Part shown: one piece after another, positions 26,938 to 37,927 of the stretch
How positions within the stretch are numbered: position 1 is the stretch's first letter
How the letters are laid out: each line of letters begins with the position of its first letter
Assembly (NCBI GenBank): GCA_040755995.1
Contig: JBFMAF010000032.1
Location: 355,212 to 419,211, forward strand
DNA from: Acidobacteriota bacterium
GTDB lineage: Bacteria; Acidobacteriota; CAIWXX01
Reading direction: 5' to 3'
DNA length: 64,000 nt
Made by a program: the position numbers and the translations under genes
The notes under the pieces: model-generated
The model's input: only the letters and a program-made list of their open reading frames with translations
The model's database searches: none
Told to the model about the DNA's origin: nothing

Positions 26938-28065
26938 ATGGACACACTAGAGAAGACCAACGTCCTACTTGTGGATGATCGCCCGGAGAACCTGATGGCT
27001 TTGGAGACGATCCTCGCGGAGTTGGGGCAGAACATGGTCGAGGCGACCTCCGGAGAAGAGGCGTTGCGGCAGCTCCTCAAGATGGACTTCGCAGTCATCC
27101 TGCTCGACGTGCAGATGCCGGGGATGGACGGATTCGAGGTGGCCTCCGCGATTCGCGAACGCGACCGGTCGCGCGACACGCCCATCATCTTCCTGACCGC
27201 GATGGGCAGGAGCGACGAGCAGATCCGGAGAGGCTACTCGCTCGGCGCGGTCGACTACATCCTGAAACCGTTCGTCCCGGAGATACTCCGCTGGAAAGTC
27301 GCGGTACTCGTCAGCCTCTATCAGAAGACCGCCGAGCTGAGGGCACAGCTCGAGGAGAATCGGAGGCTGAACCGGGAGTTGGAGCTGGCGAACAAGGAGC
27401 TCGAGGCCTTCTCCTACAGCGTCTCCCACGACCTGCGCGCCCCTTTGCGGAGCCTGAGCGGCTTCAGCAAGGCGCTGATAGAAGACTACGGCGGCAGGCT
27501 CGACGACACGGCCTCCCACTACCTCGACCGCATCGCCGCGGCGAGCGAGCGGATGGACGGGATGATCACGGCGTTGCTCAACCTGAGCCGAGTTACCCGG
27601 CATGAGATGAGGCGGACCGCCGTGGATGCCAGCTCAATGGCGGAGGACATAGCGGCGGAGCTGCAGGAGAGCGATCCGAGCCGCGATGCAGAGTTCATCG
27701 TCGAGCCGGGCGCCGTCGTGGACGCCGATGCCCATTTACTGCGCGTTGCGCTCGAAAACCTCCTCGGCAACGCCTGGAAATTCACGGCGAAGCGTGACCG
27801 CGCGCGCGTCGAGTTCGGCACGACAAACGCAGGTGAACAGCAAGCGTGCTTTGTCCGCGACAACGGCGCAGGATTCGACATGACTTACGCCGAGAAGCTC
27901 TTCGGCGCCTTCCAGCGGCTGCACAGCCAGAGCGAATTCTCCGGCCACGGCATCGGCCTTGCCACCGTGCAGCGAATCATCCACCGTCACGGCGGCCGAA
28001 TATGGGCACAGGGAGAGGTGGGCAAGGGAGCCACATTCTTCTTCACGCTTGCCCCGGGGGGATAA
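26938..28065 (+). CDS. REC-HisKA-HATPase hybrid kinase
   Basis: LLVDDRPENL, LLDVQMP, FSYSVSHDLRAPLR, NLLGNAWKF, DNGAGF, GIGLA. Confidence 0.93.
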   Translation: MDTLEKTNVLLVDDRPENLMALETILAELGQNMVEATSGEEALRQLLKMDFAVILLDVQMPGMDGFEVASAIRERDRSRDTPIIFLTAMGRSDEQIRRGYSLGAVDYILKPFVPEILRWKVAVLVSLYQKTAELRAQLEENRRLNRELELANKELEAFSYSVSHDLRAPLRSLSGFSKALIEDYGGRLDDTASHYLDRIAAASERMDGMITALLNLSRVTRHEMRRTAVDASSMAEDIAAELQESDPSRDAEFIVEPGAVVDADAHLLRVALENLLGNAWKFTAKRDRARVEFGTTNAGEQQACFVRDNGAGFDMTYAEKLFGAFQRLHSQSEFSGHGIGLATVQRIIHRHGGRIWAQGEVGKGATFFFTLAPGG

Positions 28066-28071
28066 CAAACA

Positions 28072-28358
28072 GAAGTGCGGAATTCGGAATGCGGAACCAC
28101 GGAAATGCGGAATGCGGAGTGCGGAATGCGGAATAGGGCAAACCACCGGTCGGTGGCTGGTACCACCTCAGGTCGGTGCGTTACCGAGAACAGAGTTGTT
28201 TGGCCGGGGGCGATGGTGTGGCAGATTCCGCATTCCGCATTCCGAATTCCGCATTGTGCCTGCATCAGTCACGACGGCAGCGCCCGTGCCGCGGCCCGCA
28301 GGACCGAACCCGGACGCCCAAAGCGGCAGATTCCGCATTCCGAATTCCGCATTATGCT
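28072..28358 (+). repeat. Heptamer-IR element E9 (divergent 90-nt core 28135-28224 forward, tail, third array)
   Basis: Same ends AGGGCAAACCACCG ... TGTGGCAGA; altered middle. Confidence 0.85.
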
Positions 28359-28417
28359 TGCGTCGCTCATGACGGCCGCCTGCACCCCCGAGCGAGAAAT
28401 GGAGGAACCACAGTTCC

Positions 28418-29341
28418 ATGAAGGTTCTTGTCGCCGATGACGATCCGGTCTCCCGGCAGCTTCTGGAAGATGCGCTGGCGGCGAGCGGGGATGAGGTACT
28501 CTCGATCGACAATGGCCAGCGTGCCTTGGATGCGCTCCAGCGACCGGATGGGCCGAACATCGCCATCGTGGACTGGATGATGCCTGGGCTCGACGGGATC
28601 GAGTTCTGTCGCCGCGTCCGGGCAGACGCGCGCGAACCGTATGTCTACATGATCCTGCTCACGGCCGAGGACGAGAAGCGAGACCTGATCGAGGCATTCC
28701 AAGCCGGTGTCGACGACTATCTCTGCAAGCCGTTCGGTCAGGACGAATTCAATGCGCGCGTCCGCGCGGCGCGGCGCATCGTCGAGCTGCACATGCGGCT
28801 GGTCGCGGCGCGCGATGAGTTGCGGGTGCAGGCGGCGCACGATCGGCTGACGGGGCTCTTCAACCGCGGCGCGATTCTCGAGATGCTCGATCGCGAGCTG
28901 GCCCGGTCCACCCGCGCCAAGGCCCCGGTGACCGTCGTGATCATCGACATGGATCACCTCAAGAAGGTCAACGACACGCACGGGCGCACGGCAGGGGATG
29001 TCGTTCTGCGTGAGGCCGCGGCGAGGATGAAATCGGTGTTGCGAAGCTACGATTCGCTGGGCCGGTATGGCGGAGAGGAGTTCCTCGGGATATTGCCCGG
29101 ATGCGGTACCCAGTCGGGAATGGACTGCGCGAGGAGGATGTGCACACGGGTCGGCAATGCGCCGATCGAGACGGGTGAGGCAAGGGTGACCGTGACGGCG
29201 AGCCTCGGCGTGTCGGTCGCGGAGCCGTGGATCAAGCTGACCTCGGACATGCTGCTCAGCGCCGCCGACGCCGCCATGCACCGCGCCAAGCACGGCGGGA
29301 GGAACCGCGTGGAGCTGGCGCAGACGGGCGATTACGCCTGA
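28418..29341 (+). CDS. REC-GGDEF diguanylate cyclase
   Basis: REC domain, DRLTGLFNR, I-site RSYD, RYGGEEF. Confidence 0.93.
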   Translation: MKVLVADDDPVSRQLLEDALAASGDEVLSIDNGQRALDALQRPDGPNIAIVDWMMPGLDGIEFCRRVRADAREPYVYMILLTAEDEKRDLIEAFQAGVDDYLCKPFGQDEFNARVRAARRIVELHMRLVAARDELRVQAAHDRLTGLFNRGAILEMLDRELARSTRAKAPVTVVIIDMDHLKKVNDTHGRTAGDVVLREAAARMKSVLRSYDSLGRYGGEEFLGILPGCGTQSGMDCARRMCTRVGNAPIETGEARVTVTASLGVSVAEPWIKLTSDMLLSAADAAMHRAKHGGRNRVELAQTGDYA

Positions 29342-29426
29342 CCCACGATTGCAGATCTTGCGGTGAGTCGCATCCGCGGGCGCAAGTGGGAACAGCGACT
29401 GTGGTACAATTGGGGCGAGGAGTGAG

Positions 29427-29726
29427 ATGCCCACTGCCGCGGTCGAGCACATCGTGAGTACCCCGGGGGTGTGCGGTGGAAGGCCGCGCATCGCCGGGCG
29501 GAGGATCACGGTCGAGAACGTAGCGATCTGGCACGAGCAGATGGGGATGACGGTGGAGCAGATTGCTTCCGAGTATGACCTTACGCTTGCCGATGTCCAC
29601 GCGGCCCTCGCATACTACTTCGATCATCGAGACGAGACTGACCAGCGACTCAGGGAGGCGCGTGCCTTTGCCGAGGAAATGCGAAAGAGGACTCCTTCGA
29701 AGCTGAGCGGCAGGCTTGGGCGCTGA
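29427..29726 (+). CDS. DUF433 domain protein (antitoxin-like)
   Basis: PGVCGGRPRIAGRRITV..LTLADVHAALAYY. Confidence 0.92.
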   Translation: MPTAAVEHIVSTPGVCGGRPRIAGRRITVENVAIWHEQMGMTVEQIASEYDLTLADVHAALAYYFDHRDETDQRLREARAFAEEMRKRTPSKLSGRLGR

Positions 29727-29865
29727 ACGTATCTCTTTCTTGATGGACGAGCACGTTCCATCGGCCGTTACGTCGGGTCTACGCATGCGTGGCGCGGACG
29801 TCGCCACCGTTCAGGAGGCTGGGCTCGGGCACACGATCGCGGAATGGGTGGACTGCCATCTACTT
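29716..29865 (+). pseudogene. DUF5615 PIN-like toxin, truncated or internally deleted
   Basis: FLMDEHVPSAVTSGLRMRGADV..QEAGL, then similarity is lost (no T-x-D-x-D-F motif) and the frame runs into repeat DNA. Confidence 0.7.
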
Positions 29866-29930
29866 CGGCATCCGGCCTCTATCGGTGGTACTGGCAGATT
29901 CCGCAATCCGCACTCCGCATTCCGCATTGT
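29866..29930 (+). repeat. Heptamer-IR element E10 (3' core end plus right array only)
   Basis: tcggtggtactggcagattccgcaatccgcactccgcattccgcattgt. Confidence 0.78.
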
Positions 29931-29986
29931 GGTGGCGCCACCCTGGAGGGCTTCGCCGATGCCAGAGCACGGAAGGGCGAACCGAG

Positions 29987-32737
29987 TCAGCCGTCGAGCA
30001 CTTCGCGGACCTTGCGCGCGAGGGCGCGGGCCGAGAAGGGCTTTTCCAGCAGCTCGTTGCCGGGACCGAGCACTCCGTGGCGCGCCAGGGCATCATCCAT
30101 GTAGCCTGAGACGTAAAGTACCTTGGCCTCGGGCCGGCCCGGCTTCAGCCGCGACACCAGCTCCGGTCCGCTCACGCCCGGCATCACCACGTCGGTCAGA
30201 ATGAGGTGGATCGGGCCCTTGTGTAGCGACGCCTTTTCGACCGCCGCTGAGGCGTTTCCGGCGTCAAGTACCGTGTAGCCTCTGGCCGACAGCACCGTCC
30301 GCGCGAGACGGCGTACGTTCTCTTCGTCCTCAACAAGCAGGATCGTCTCGCTGCCGTCCAAAGGCGATTCGTCTGCTGCCGGCGCAGACTTCTCCGCCGT
30401 CTCATCTGCTGTGCGAGGCAGGTACACCCTGAACGTAGTTCCTTTCCCGAGCTCGGTTTCGACCTCGATTCCTCCTCCGCTCTGCTTGACGATGCCGTAG
30501 ACGGTGGCGAGGCCCAGGCCGGTGCCCGCTCCCCTCGGCTTGGTCGTGAAGAACGGCTCGAAAAGGTGCGAGCGCGTATTGTCGTCCATGCCGGTGCCGG
30601 TGTCCGCAATCGCGAGGATGACATAGGAACCAGGGGTTGGCTGGTGGTGTTCGCGAGGAAGCTCCGCCACCTCACGATTCGCGGTCTCGATGACGAGCCT
30701 GCCGCCGCGCGGCATCGCGTCCCGCGCGTTGACGCACAGGTTCGCGATTACCTGTTCGACCTGGCCGGGGTCTGCTTTGACCTTGCCGAGACCCGGATCG
30801 AGCCGCATCACGAAATCGACATCCTCGCCTATGATGCGGCGCAGCATCTTCTCCATCTCGGTGACCGTGGCGTTCAGGTTCAGAATGCGCGGCAGGACGA
30901 CCTGCTTGCGGCTGAAGGCGAGCAGCTGGCGAGTGAGCCCGGCTGCCCGCTCTCCCGCCTTGCGGATCTCGATGACGTCGTCGTGGAGCGGGTGTCCTTC
31001 GGCGATCTCCGACTCGAGCACGTAGCAATAGCCGAGAATCGCCGTCAGCAGGTTGTTGAAGTCGTGTGCCACGCCCCCAGCAAGCCTGCCGATCGCATCC
31101 ATCTTCTGCGACTGCACCAACTGCTGCTCCAGCCTCTTCCGCTCCGTGGCGTCGAACCCGGTTGCCAAGATGTACGGCGGAGCTCCACCGCCCGGATCGA
31201 TCAGGCTCGCATCCAGCAGAACCTCCACCGCCCTGCCGTCCTTCGTGCGACCGCGCATCTCGTAGCCGTGGATCTGGCCCTTCTCTGTCAGCAACGCGAC
31301 GAGCTTCTGCCGTTCGGCCGGGTCCCACCAGAGCGCCGTCGCTTCCAGTTGCTCGATCTCCTCCGGCGATCCGTAGCCGAGCATCCTGGCGAGGGCACGG
31401 TTGCACCGCTCGACTCGGCCGTCGGAAGCCGCCTGCAGAACACCAGCTACGCTCCGTTCGAATAGCAGCCGATACTGCTCCTCCGAGGCGCGCAGCGCCT
31501 CCTCGGCCTGCCGCTGCGCTGTGATGTCGCGCGCGATGCCCTCGATCGCCTGCGGCCGCCCCTCCGAGTCCGCCACCGTCACGGCCTCATCAATAAGCCA
31601 CAAGACGCGGCCGTCGCGCGTCACCATGCGGTACTCGCATACGAACGGAGACGCCGTCTCGACCGAGCGCCGCTGCTCTTCCAGGACGCGTGCCCTGTCC
31701 TCGGGATGGATCTGCCGGGCGCGGAGCCCAGGATCGGCAAGCCATTCCGCGGGGGTGAAGCCCAGGAAATGCTCGACCTGCGGGCTGATGTAGAGCAGGC
31801 GGCCGGGTTCGACCAGCGAGATCGTGTATGTGAGAGCGCGCACGTTCTCGACAAGCGTGCGGAAGCGCGCCTCGGACCGGCGCAGCGCATCGAGCGCCCG
31901 CTGGCGCTCGAGACGGGCGCGCGCCTCGCGCAGCTCCCGCTCCACCGCAGGCACCAGCCTCGCGATGTCTCCCTTCATGATGCAGTCGTGCGCCCCGTCT
32001 CGCATTATGGCGACGGCCGTCTCCTCGCCTATGCTGCCGGAGACGACGATGAACGGGATATCGAGGCCGGCGTCGTGCAGCGTCCTGAGGGCCGCAGGGG
32101 CATCGAAGCGCGGCATCGTGTAGTCCGAGATGATGATGTCGCAGCGCATCCTGGCCAGGGCCTCCCGCATCGCCTCGGCCGTCTCCACGCGTTCGTACGT
32201 CAGCTCATAGCCGCTGCGCGTGAGCGCGCGTACCACCAGATCCGCGTCCGCCGGTTCGTTTTCCACAACCAGCACCCTGAGCGGCACCGCCCCGGCAGCC
32301 TCCTGTTGAGGCGCCGTGGCGCGTACGGGATGCGACCAGTACACCCTCATCTGCCGCATTGCTTCCACCAGGTCCTGGAAGGCCGCAGGCTTTCGGAAGT
32401 ACATCGTCGCGCCGTGGACGTGGCCGAGAATCACATCCCGGTCGGCATCGGACGCCGAGAGCAGGATCACCGGCAGCTCCCTCGTACGTCCTTCGGCGCG
32501 GATGCGCCGCAGCACATCGAGCCCATCCACCTTGGGCAGACGGAGATCCAGGAGGACCACCTCCGGCAGGTCGCTCATATCCCTGCCGGCATGCGTACCC
32601 GCACAGAACAGGTAGTCGAGTGCCTCCTGACCGTCCCCGGCGACGACAACCTCGTTCGGGATACCGTTCTTCTCTATCGCCCGCAGCGTCAGCTCGACGT
32701 CATCCGCATTGTCTTCCACGAGCAGTATCTTTCTCAC
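29987..32737 (-). CDS. Hybrid sensor kinase REC-REC-PAS-PAS-HisKA-HATPase-REC
   Basis: [43 protein letters not shown]. Confidence 0.93.
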   Translation of the reverse strand: MRKILLVEDNADDVELTLRAIEKNGIPNEVVVAGDGQEALDYLFCAGTHAGRDMSDLPEVVLLDLRLPKVDGLDVLRRIRAEGRTRELPVILLSASDADRDVILGHVHGATMYFRKPAAFQDLVEAMRQMRVYWSHPVRATAPQQEAAGAVPLRVLVVENEPADADLVVRALTRSGYELTYERVETAEAMREALARMRCDIIISDYTMPRFDAPAALRTLHDAGLDIPFIVVSGSIGEETAVAIMRDGAHDCIMKGDIARLVPAVERELREARARLERQRALDALRRSEARFRTLVENVRALTYTISLVEPGRLLYISPQVEHFLGFTPAEWLADPGLRARQIHPEDRARVLEEQRRSVETASPFVCEYRMVTRDGRVLWLIDEAVTVADSEGRPQAIEGIARDITAQRQAEEALRASEEQYRLLFERSVAGVLQAASDGRVERCNRALARMLGYGSPEEIEQLEATALWWDPAERQKLVALLTEKGQIHGYEMRGRTKDGRAVEVLLDASLIDPGGGAPPYILATGFDATERKRLEQQLVQSQKMDAIGRLAGGVAHDFNNLLTAILGYCYVLESEIAEGHPLHDDVIEIRKAGERAAGLTRQLLAFSRKQVVLPRILNLNATVTEMEKMLRRIIGEDVDFVMRLDPGLGKVKADPGQVEQVIANLCVNARDAMPRGGRLVIETANREVAELPREHHQPTPGSYVILAIADTGTGMDDNTRSHLFEPFFTTKPRGAGTGLGLATVYGIVKQSGGGIEVETELGKGTTFRVYLPRTADETAEKSAPAADESPLDGSETILLVEDEENVRRLARTVLSARGYTVLDAGNASAAVEKASLHKGPIHLILTDVVMPGVSGPELVSRLKPGRPEAKVLYVSGYMDDALARHGVLGPGNELLEKPFSARALARKVREVLDG

Positions 32738-32769
32738 GTAATCATACCCCCTGCATGTGGAACCACCTC

Positions 32770-32993
32770 AAATGCGGAACCACCCGAATGCGGAATGCGG
32801 AGTGCGGAATGCGGAATCAGCCAGAACCACCGACCGCTGCCACGTGCCCCTGGCGGGAGCTCCGCAACGGCGGTTCCGACCACCGTCAGGCCGTTCGCCC
32901 TATTCCGCATTCCGCATTCCGAATTCCGCATTATGCATGCGTGACCCGCGACGGCTTCCCCAGAGCCTGACTCTGACAGGGCGAACAGCGACT
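32770..32993 (+). repeat. Heptamer-IR element E11 (core 32818-32901 inverted, tail forward)
   Basis: Core aligns without gaps to the reverse complement of the E6 core (58/84 by hand). Confidence 0.9.
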
Positions 32994-32997
32994 GTAA

Positions 32998-35307
32998 TCA
33001 TCCAAGGGTTTCTCTGACCTTCTGGGAGAGCGCCCGTGCCGTGAATGGCTTCTCCAGGAAGGGCACGTCCGGCTCGATGAGGCCGCTCAGAGGCTGAGCT
33101 TCGGGGTGTCCCGACATGTACAGGACTTTCAGGTCAGGGCGGGTCCCGGTGGCGAGCGCTGCCAGCTCCACACCGTCTCTTCCAGGCATCGCGATGTCGG
33201 TTAGCAACAGGTGAATCGGCCCGGGGTGATCGGCAAGAATTCTCATGGCCTCGGAGGCGTTGGAGGCGGCGAAAACGGCATGTCCCTGCCGCTCCAAGAC
33301 CCTGCTGGCCATCTTCAGGATCGCCGGTTCGTCCTCCACAACCAGAATCGTACGGGCTCGGGTCTCATCCGGCGTGGGGATTGCCTTTGCCGCCGATTCG
33401 GCCTGGGTGGCGGCCAGAGAGCGAAGGTAGATCGTGAACGTCGAGCCGGACCCCGGCTCGCTCTGGACCTGAATGTGGCCGCCGTTTTGCTTGACGATCC
33501 CGTACACGCTGGCCAGCCCGAGGCCTGTCCCCGTGCCCACGTCCCTGGTCGTGAAAAACGGTTCGAAAACGTGGTTCAGCGTCTCCGGATCCATCCCGCT
33601 GCCGCTGTCGCGGACGGCCAGTACGGCGTAGGCGCCCGGCTCGATCTTGCCTTCGAAGAGCTCGCCGCTCTCTTCGACCGTGGCATTCCGGGTCTCGATT
33701 GCGAGCTTGCCGCCCGCGGCCATGGCGTCGCGGGCGTTGGTGGCCAGATTCATGACGATCTCCTCGATCTGGGAGCGGTCGGCGTTGATGCGGCAGGTTG
33801 CGGGGTCGAGGGCCAAGGACAGTTCGATGCGATCGCCAATCATGCGGCGCAGCGTCGGCTCGAGTTCGACGAGGACGTGGTTGAGATCGACCACCCCTGG
33901 ACTGATGAGCTGCTTGCGGCTGAACGCGAGTAGCTGGCGCACCAGCGACGCGGCCCGCTCGCCCGCTCCCCGAATCTCCTCCAGCTCGCTCAGAAAGGGG
34001 CTGGTCTCGCCCAGGCCCGCGCGGAGCATGTCTGCGTAGCCAAGGATCGTCGTCAGGAGGTTGTTGAACTGGTGCGCCACGCCTCCGGCGAGCCTCCCCA
34101 CGGCCTCCAGCTTCTTCGACTGGAGCAGCTCTTCTTCGAGGCGCTTCCGATCGGTGATGTCCTGGACGGCGCTGATGAAGCAGGTGGGCTCGCCCGAGGG
34201 CCCACGGACCACCGAAGCGGCGAGCGAGACCCAGACGTGCGTCCCGTCCTTCCTCAAGTATCGCTTCTCGTTGGATGTCGTCGTCGCCTCGCCGTCGAGC
34301 ATCCTGCGCATGTTCTCCAGGTCCCGGCCGTGGTCGTCGGGGTGAGTGATGTCACGGGTGTTCATATGCCGCAGCTCGTCGCGGGTGTAACCGGTGATCT
34401 CGCAGAACCGAGGGTTGGCGTCCAACCATGAGCCGTCGGGGCGGATCTGGGTGATCCCCACGGCGGCCTGGTGGTAGATGGCGCTATAGCGGGCTTCCGA
34501 CTCGCGCCAGGCGCGTCTTTGCCAGGAGCGCCCGAGGGCCGATCGGACGGAGGCGGGCAGCCTGCTCCGGTGCTTGGGTGACTTCAGCACGTAGTCGTCC
34601 AGGCCGGCCTTCATGGCCTCGGCTGCCAGAGGCTCGCTTCCCGTGCCGGTCATGATGATGACGGGACAATCGGGCCTGTGGGCCTTGATTCTTCGGAGCA
34701 CGTGCAGGCCGTCCGTCCACCCCATCGAGTGATCCGTGATGGCAAGATCGAATCCGCCCGCGGCGAGCTCCCGGTTGAAGGCGTGCGGACCCGTGATCTC
34801 GATTATCTGAGTGCCTGGAAACTCGCGCATCAGTTCGCGTCTCGTTAACAGCAGGTCGTCGGGGTTGTCGTCGATGAGCAGAATCCGGAGGGGGCGGTCC
34901 AGAGGAGGGCAGAGAGTGTTCACAAGGTCTTTCAGGACATCCGGATCGATGGGTTTGAGAAGGTAGGAATTTGCTCCGAGCGTGTACGCACGCACGATAT
35001 CGGCGCTCTGATCCGACGTGGTCAGCACCACCACCGGCACCCTCTCCATCTCGGGCCGGCCGCTTCGCCAATCCAGCACGTCGAAGCCGGTCTTGCGGGG
35101 CATGTTGAGGTCCAGCAGGATCATGCATGGCAGCGGGAAGGACTCGCGGTCCGCGAATGCGCCGTCTCCCGAGAGATAACCGATCGCAGCCGCGCCGTCC
35201 TCGAGGTGTACGATCCGGCCTTTCAGGGCGGCCCTCTCGAAGGCGCGCCTTGCCAGGAATACGTCATCCGGACTGTCTTCAACCAGCATTATGACCCGGT
35301 CTTTCAT
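32998..35307 (-). CDS. Hybrid sensor kinase REC-REC-PAS-HisKA-HATPase-REC
   Basis: MLVEDSPDD, GANSYLLKP, GGVAHQFNN, EPFFTTR..GTGLGL. Confidence 0.93.
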   Translation of the reverse strand: MKDRVIMLVEDSPDDVFLARRAFERAALKGRIVHLEDGAAAIGYLSGDGAFADRESFPLPCMILLDLNMPRKTGFDVLDWRSGRPEMERVPVVVLTTSDQSADIVRAYTLGANSYLLKPIDPDVLKDLVNTLCPPLDRPLRILLIDDNPDDLLLTRRELMREFPGTQIIEITGPHAFNRELAAGGFDLAITDHSMGWTDGLHVLRRIKAHRPDCPVIIMTGTGSEPLAAEAMKAGLDDYVLKSPKHRSRLPASVRSALGRSWQRRAWRESEARYSAIYHQAAVGITQIRPDGSWLDANPRFCEITGYTRDELRHMNTRDITHPDDHGRDLENMRRMLDGEATTTSNEKRYLRKDGTHVWVSLAASVVRGPSGEPTCFISAVQDITDRKRLEEELLQSKKLEAVGRLAGGVAHQFNNLLTTILGYADMLRAGLGETSPFLSELEEIRGAGERAASLVRQLLAFSRKQLISPGVVDLNHVLVELEPTLRRMIGDRIELSLALDPATCRINADRSQIEEIVMNLATNARDAMAAGGKLAIETRNATVEESGELFEGKIEPGAYAVLAVRDSGSGMDPETLNHVFEPFFTTRDVGTGTGLGLASVYGIVKQNGGHIQVQSEPGSGSTFTIYLRSLAATQAESAAKAIPTPDETRARTILVVEDEPAILKMASRVLERQGHAVFAASNASEAMRILADHPGPIHLLLTDIAMPGRDGVELAALATGTRPDLKVLYMSGHPEAQPLSGLIEPDVPFLEKPFTARALSQKVRETLG

Positions 35308-35365
35308 GGCGGGCCTCCCGATATGATACCGATGCCCTAATCATAGACCTATTCCAGGGGGGATT

Positions 35366-35605
35366 CCACCCGAATGCGGAATGCGGAGTGCGGAATGCGG
35401 AATCTGCCACAACCACCGACCGCAGCCACGCGCCCCTGTCGGGAGCTCCGCAACGGCGGTTCCGACCACCGTATTCCGAATTCCGCATTCCGAATTCCGC
35501 ATTATGCCAGAATCTTCCGCGAGGGTGACCACCGAGCCCGGGCCTCCGGGTGCGAGGCCGGGTGCCTAACGCGGCGGATTCCGCATTCCGAATTCCGCAT
35601 TATGC
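35366..35605 (+). repeat. Heptamer-IR element E12 (inverted core 35404-35472, 15 nt short; tail; third array)
   Basis: Very similar to the E11 core but lacking the end of the core (tcaggccgttcgccc). Confidence 0.88.
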
Positions 35606-35722
35606 ACACGTGTGGCTATGACCGCCGACTTGAAGCCTCAGCGCCTGATGGCATACAGCGGTTCACTATCTCCGGATGCCTGCGCATTGAATCAGCCTTC
35701 CCATCCGCACTAGAATACCTCT

Positions 35723-36256
35723 ATGAAGAGACTCCCCCTGGGTATTCACACGTTCCGCAGAATTATCGAAGGGGGCTATCTGTATGTGGACAAGACCAGG
35801 CTGAGGCACCTGCTGGCCGAGGCCAGCAGCAGCCCGGCCGAACAGGCGGGTCTCCTCGCGCGGCGGCTGGCCGAGTCTATCCACCGGGACGACCTGAGCG
35901 GTTTCTTCAGTCTTCTGAGATCGCTTTTCGCTTCGATCCCGTATGACGCTTTCGTGAGCGACAGGGAGGGCTACTATCAGACCGTGGTCTACCTGGCACT
36001 GGCACTCATGGGTGTGGACGTGAAGACCGAGGTGGAGACCAATATTGGACGCGTCGACGCCGTCATCGAGACGCAGACGCGGGTGTACGTGATCGAGTTC
36101 AAGCTGGGCACTGCCGAGGAGGCTCTGCAGCAGATCCGTGAGAGGCGCTACCACGAGAGGTTCCTGCACTCCGGGAAGCAGGTTCAGCTCGTCGGCGTCG
36201 GATTCAATCCCCAGCTGCGGAACATCGGAAGCCATGCCACGGAGCCCGCCCCATGA
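35723..36256 (+). CDS. Internally deleted AAA-ATPase/PD-(D/E)XK nuclease paralog (nuclease domain retained)
   Basis: MKRLPLGIHTF..YVDKTR fused in frame to the C-terminal ~150 aa matching 45487..47046 (GRVDAVIET..YVIEFK..ALQQIRERRY). Confidence 0.8.
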   Translation: MKRLPLGIHTFRRIIEGGYLYVDKTRLRHLLAEASSSPAEQAGLLARRLAESIHRDDLSGFFSLLRSLFASIPYDAFVSDREGYYQTVVYLALALMGVDVKTEVETNIGRVDAVIETQTRVYVIEFKLGTAEEALQQIRERRYHERFLHSGKQVQLVGVGFNPQLRNIGSHATEPAP

Positions 36257-36303
36257 AGATTGCAGATTTCAGATTGCTATCTGCGATCTGCGATCTGAAA
36301 TTG
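36257..36303. repeat. AGATTTC-family inverted array (hairpin) between convergent genes
   Basis: agattgcagatttcagattgc followed by tatctgcgatctgcgatctgaaat. Confidence 0.75.
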
Positions 36304-37875
36304 CTACGGTGCCACCGGTACTTGCACCGTCTGAGTGCTCAGAACGCGCCCCTGGGCCGCGAATGCGACCTTGATCGGAACGCGGGCGCTCTTGGTGATC
36401 GTGCCGCCACGCACGCCTACCACACGGGTCCTCGCCGAAACGCTGGAACCGGCGGACAGGCTGAATGAACTGCCCGTGGTGACCACTACGCGCGAGTCGT
36501 TCGAGTACACGCGGACGGCGACGCCGAAGGTGGTGCCGGCGGGATCGCAGGTGGAGACAGTAAGCCGCAGCGTCGCGTTTCGTCCCGCGTGCAGCGTGCC
36601 GTCGCCCGAGATCGTGCTCGAATCGATCGCCGCAAAGCCTCCGGCCGCGGCGGCCGCCGTCTGGAGCATCTCGAGCGTGAGCTGCGCCAGCGGCTCGATT
36701 TGCGCGCGATCGGGCCAGAAACCGTCATCATCCCCGCCCACCTCGGGGGTGAATGCGAGTACGCCCCGGGCACCGTACATATAGTCGTCCGCGTCTCCAT
36801 TGGTTGGATATCCGACAGTGGTGTACCCGGTTCCCACGAGGAACTGGTTGTGCTTCGCCAGCAGTCCGCCCAGCCATGGCATCAGCGTGGGTTCCGGAAT
36901 GCTTTCCGTGTACCCCCAGGGGTGGATCAGATAGTTGCCGAAACTGTGGAGATTCAGAGCGGTCCCGAACTTCTGCTTCTCGCAGAACTTCTTCAGAGCC
37001 GTGGTCTCCGGCTCGGAAAACGGCCCGGTTCCGCGATATACCTCGGACCTCGGCTGGGGAGACGAGCCTTCGTCGTTGTATCCCCACATGTATCCGAAAT
37101 TGCGGTTCAGGTCGACGCCCGAGCTCCCGTCAGAGTTCACGCGCATGTTCTTCCTGTGCATGCCACCCCCCGAGGGGGCCTTCTGCTCGTTGTACACGTA
37201 TCCGTCAGGATTTACGACGGGGACGACCCAGATCTCGCGGCTGTTCACCAGCCAGGTGGCCCGCGGATCGCTCCCGTAGCTCTCGACCAGATCCCTCACG
37301 AAATAGAGCAGACTCATCATCCCCTGGGGCTCGCGTGCGTGCGTGAGCCCCGTGAGCAGCACCCGGGGCTCGCCTTCGGTCTTCGAGGGGTTATCCGATA
37401 TCTTGTATGCCCAGACCGCGCGCCGTTGTATGCTGGAGCCGATCTTCGTCTGCACCCCCACGATCTCCGGGCGCCCCGCCCTGTACTCCTCCATCTTCGT
37501 CACGACCTCGCTGTACGTGAAGTTCCCCCCCATGCTTCCTTCAGCGAACTCACCGGGCTCGGCAGGTGCCGCCGCAAGTCTCTTCGCATATGCGGCCTCG
37601 ACGTCCTCGACCTCAACTCGCAGATCGACACCGAGACCTCTCCAGCCCAAGGCCTCCGCCGCCTCCGCGAAGAGCCACACACGGCCGTCGCGCCTGACGG
37701 ACCCCTCGAAATCAGCACCCTCGTTGATCAAACGTCCGACCGCGACAGGCGTATCAGGCACGCTGACGCGCTGCCAGGTCTCAGCCGCAGCGCCCGACGA
37801 CACCAATACCAGGATAACCAAACCGACTGCAATCCGAGATTCGGTGCGTTGGCAAGGACGTGGTGCACCAGCCAC
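36304..37875 (-). CDS. M14 zinc carboxypeptidase (CpT-like), secreted
   Basis: HARE, NPDG, RKN, DLNRNF, FSEPET, LHSFG, FTPEVG; start uncertain. Confidence 0.88.
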   Translation of the reverse strand: MAGAPRPCQRTESRIAVGLVILVLVSSGAAAETWQRVSVPDTPVAVGRLINEGADFEGSVRRDGRVWLFAEAAEALGWRGLGVDLRVEVEDVEAAYAKRLAAAPAEPGEFAEGSMGGNFTYSEVVTKMEEYRAGRPEIVGVQTKIGSSIQRRAVWAYKISDNPSKTEGEPRVLLTGLTHAREPQGMMSLLYFVRDLVESYGSDPRATWLVNSREIWVVPVVNPDGYVYNEQKAPSGGGMHRKNMRVNSDGSSGVDLNRNFGYMWGYNDEGSSPQPRSEVYRGTGPFSEPETTALKKFCEKQKFGTALNLHSFGNYLIHPWGYTESIPEPTLMPWLGGLLAKHNQFLVGTGYTTVGYPTNGDADDYMYGARGVLAFTPEVGGDDDGFWPDRAQIEPLAQLTLEMLQTAAAAAGGFAAIDSSTISGDGTLHAGRNATLRLTVSTCDPAGTTFGVAVRVYSNDSRVVVTTGSSFSLSAGSSVSARTRVVGVRGGTITKSARVPIKVAFAAQGRVLSTQTVQVPVAP

Positions 37876-37925
37876 CGTCAGGTCGTACACCCTATTCCGC
37901 ATTCCGCACTCCGCATTCCGCATTC
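37872..37925 (-). repeat. Heptamer-IR element E13 (partial, whole-element minus orientation)
   Basis: Minus strand reads gaatgcggaatgcggagtgcggaatgcggaat-agggtgtacgacctgacggtgg just after the acyl-CoA dehydrogenase stop. Confidence 0.82.
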
Positions 37926-37927
37926 AT

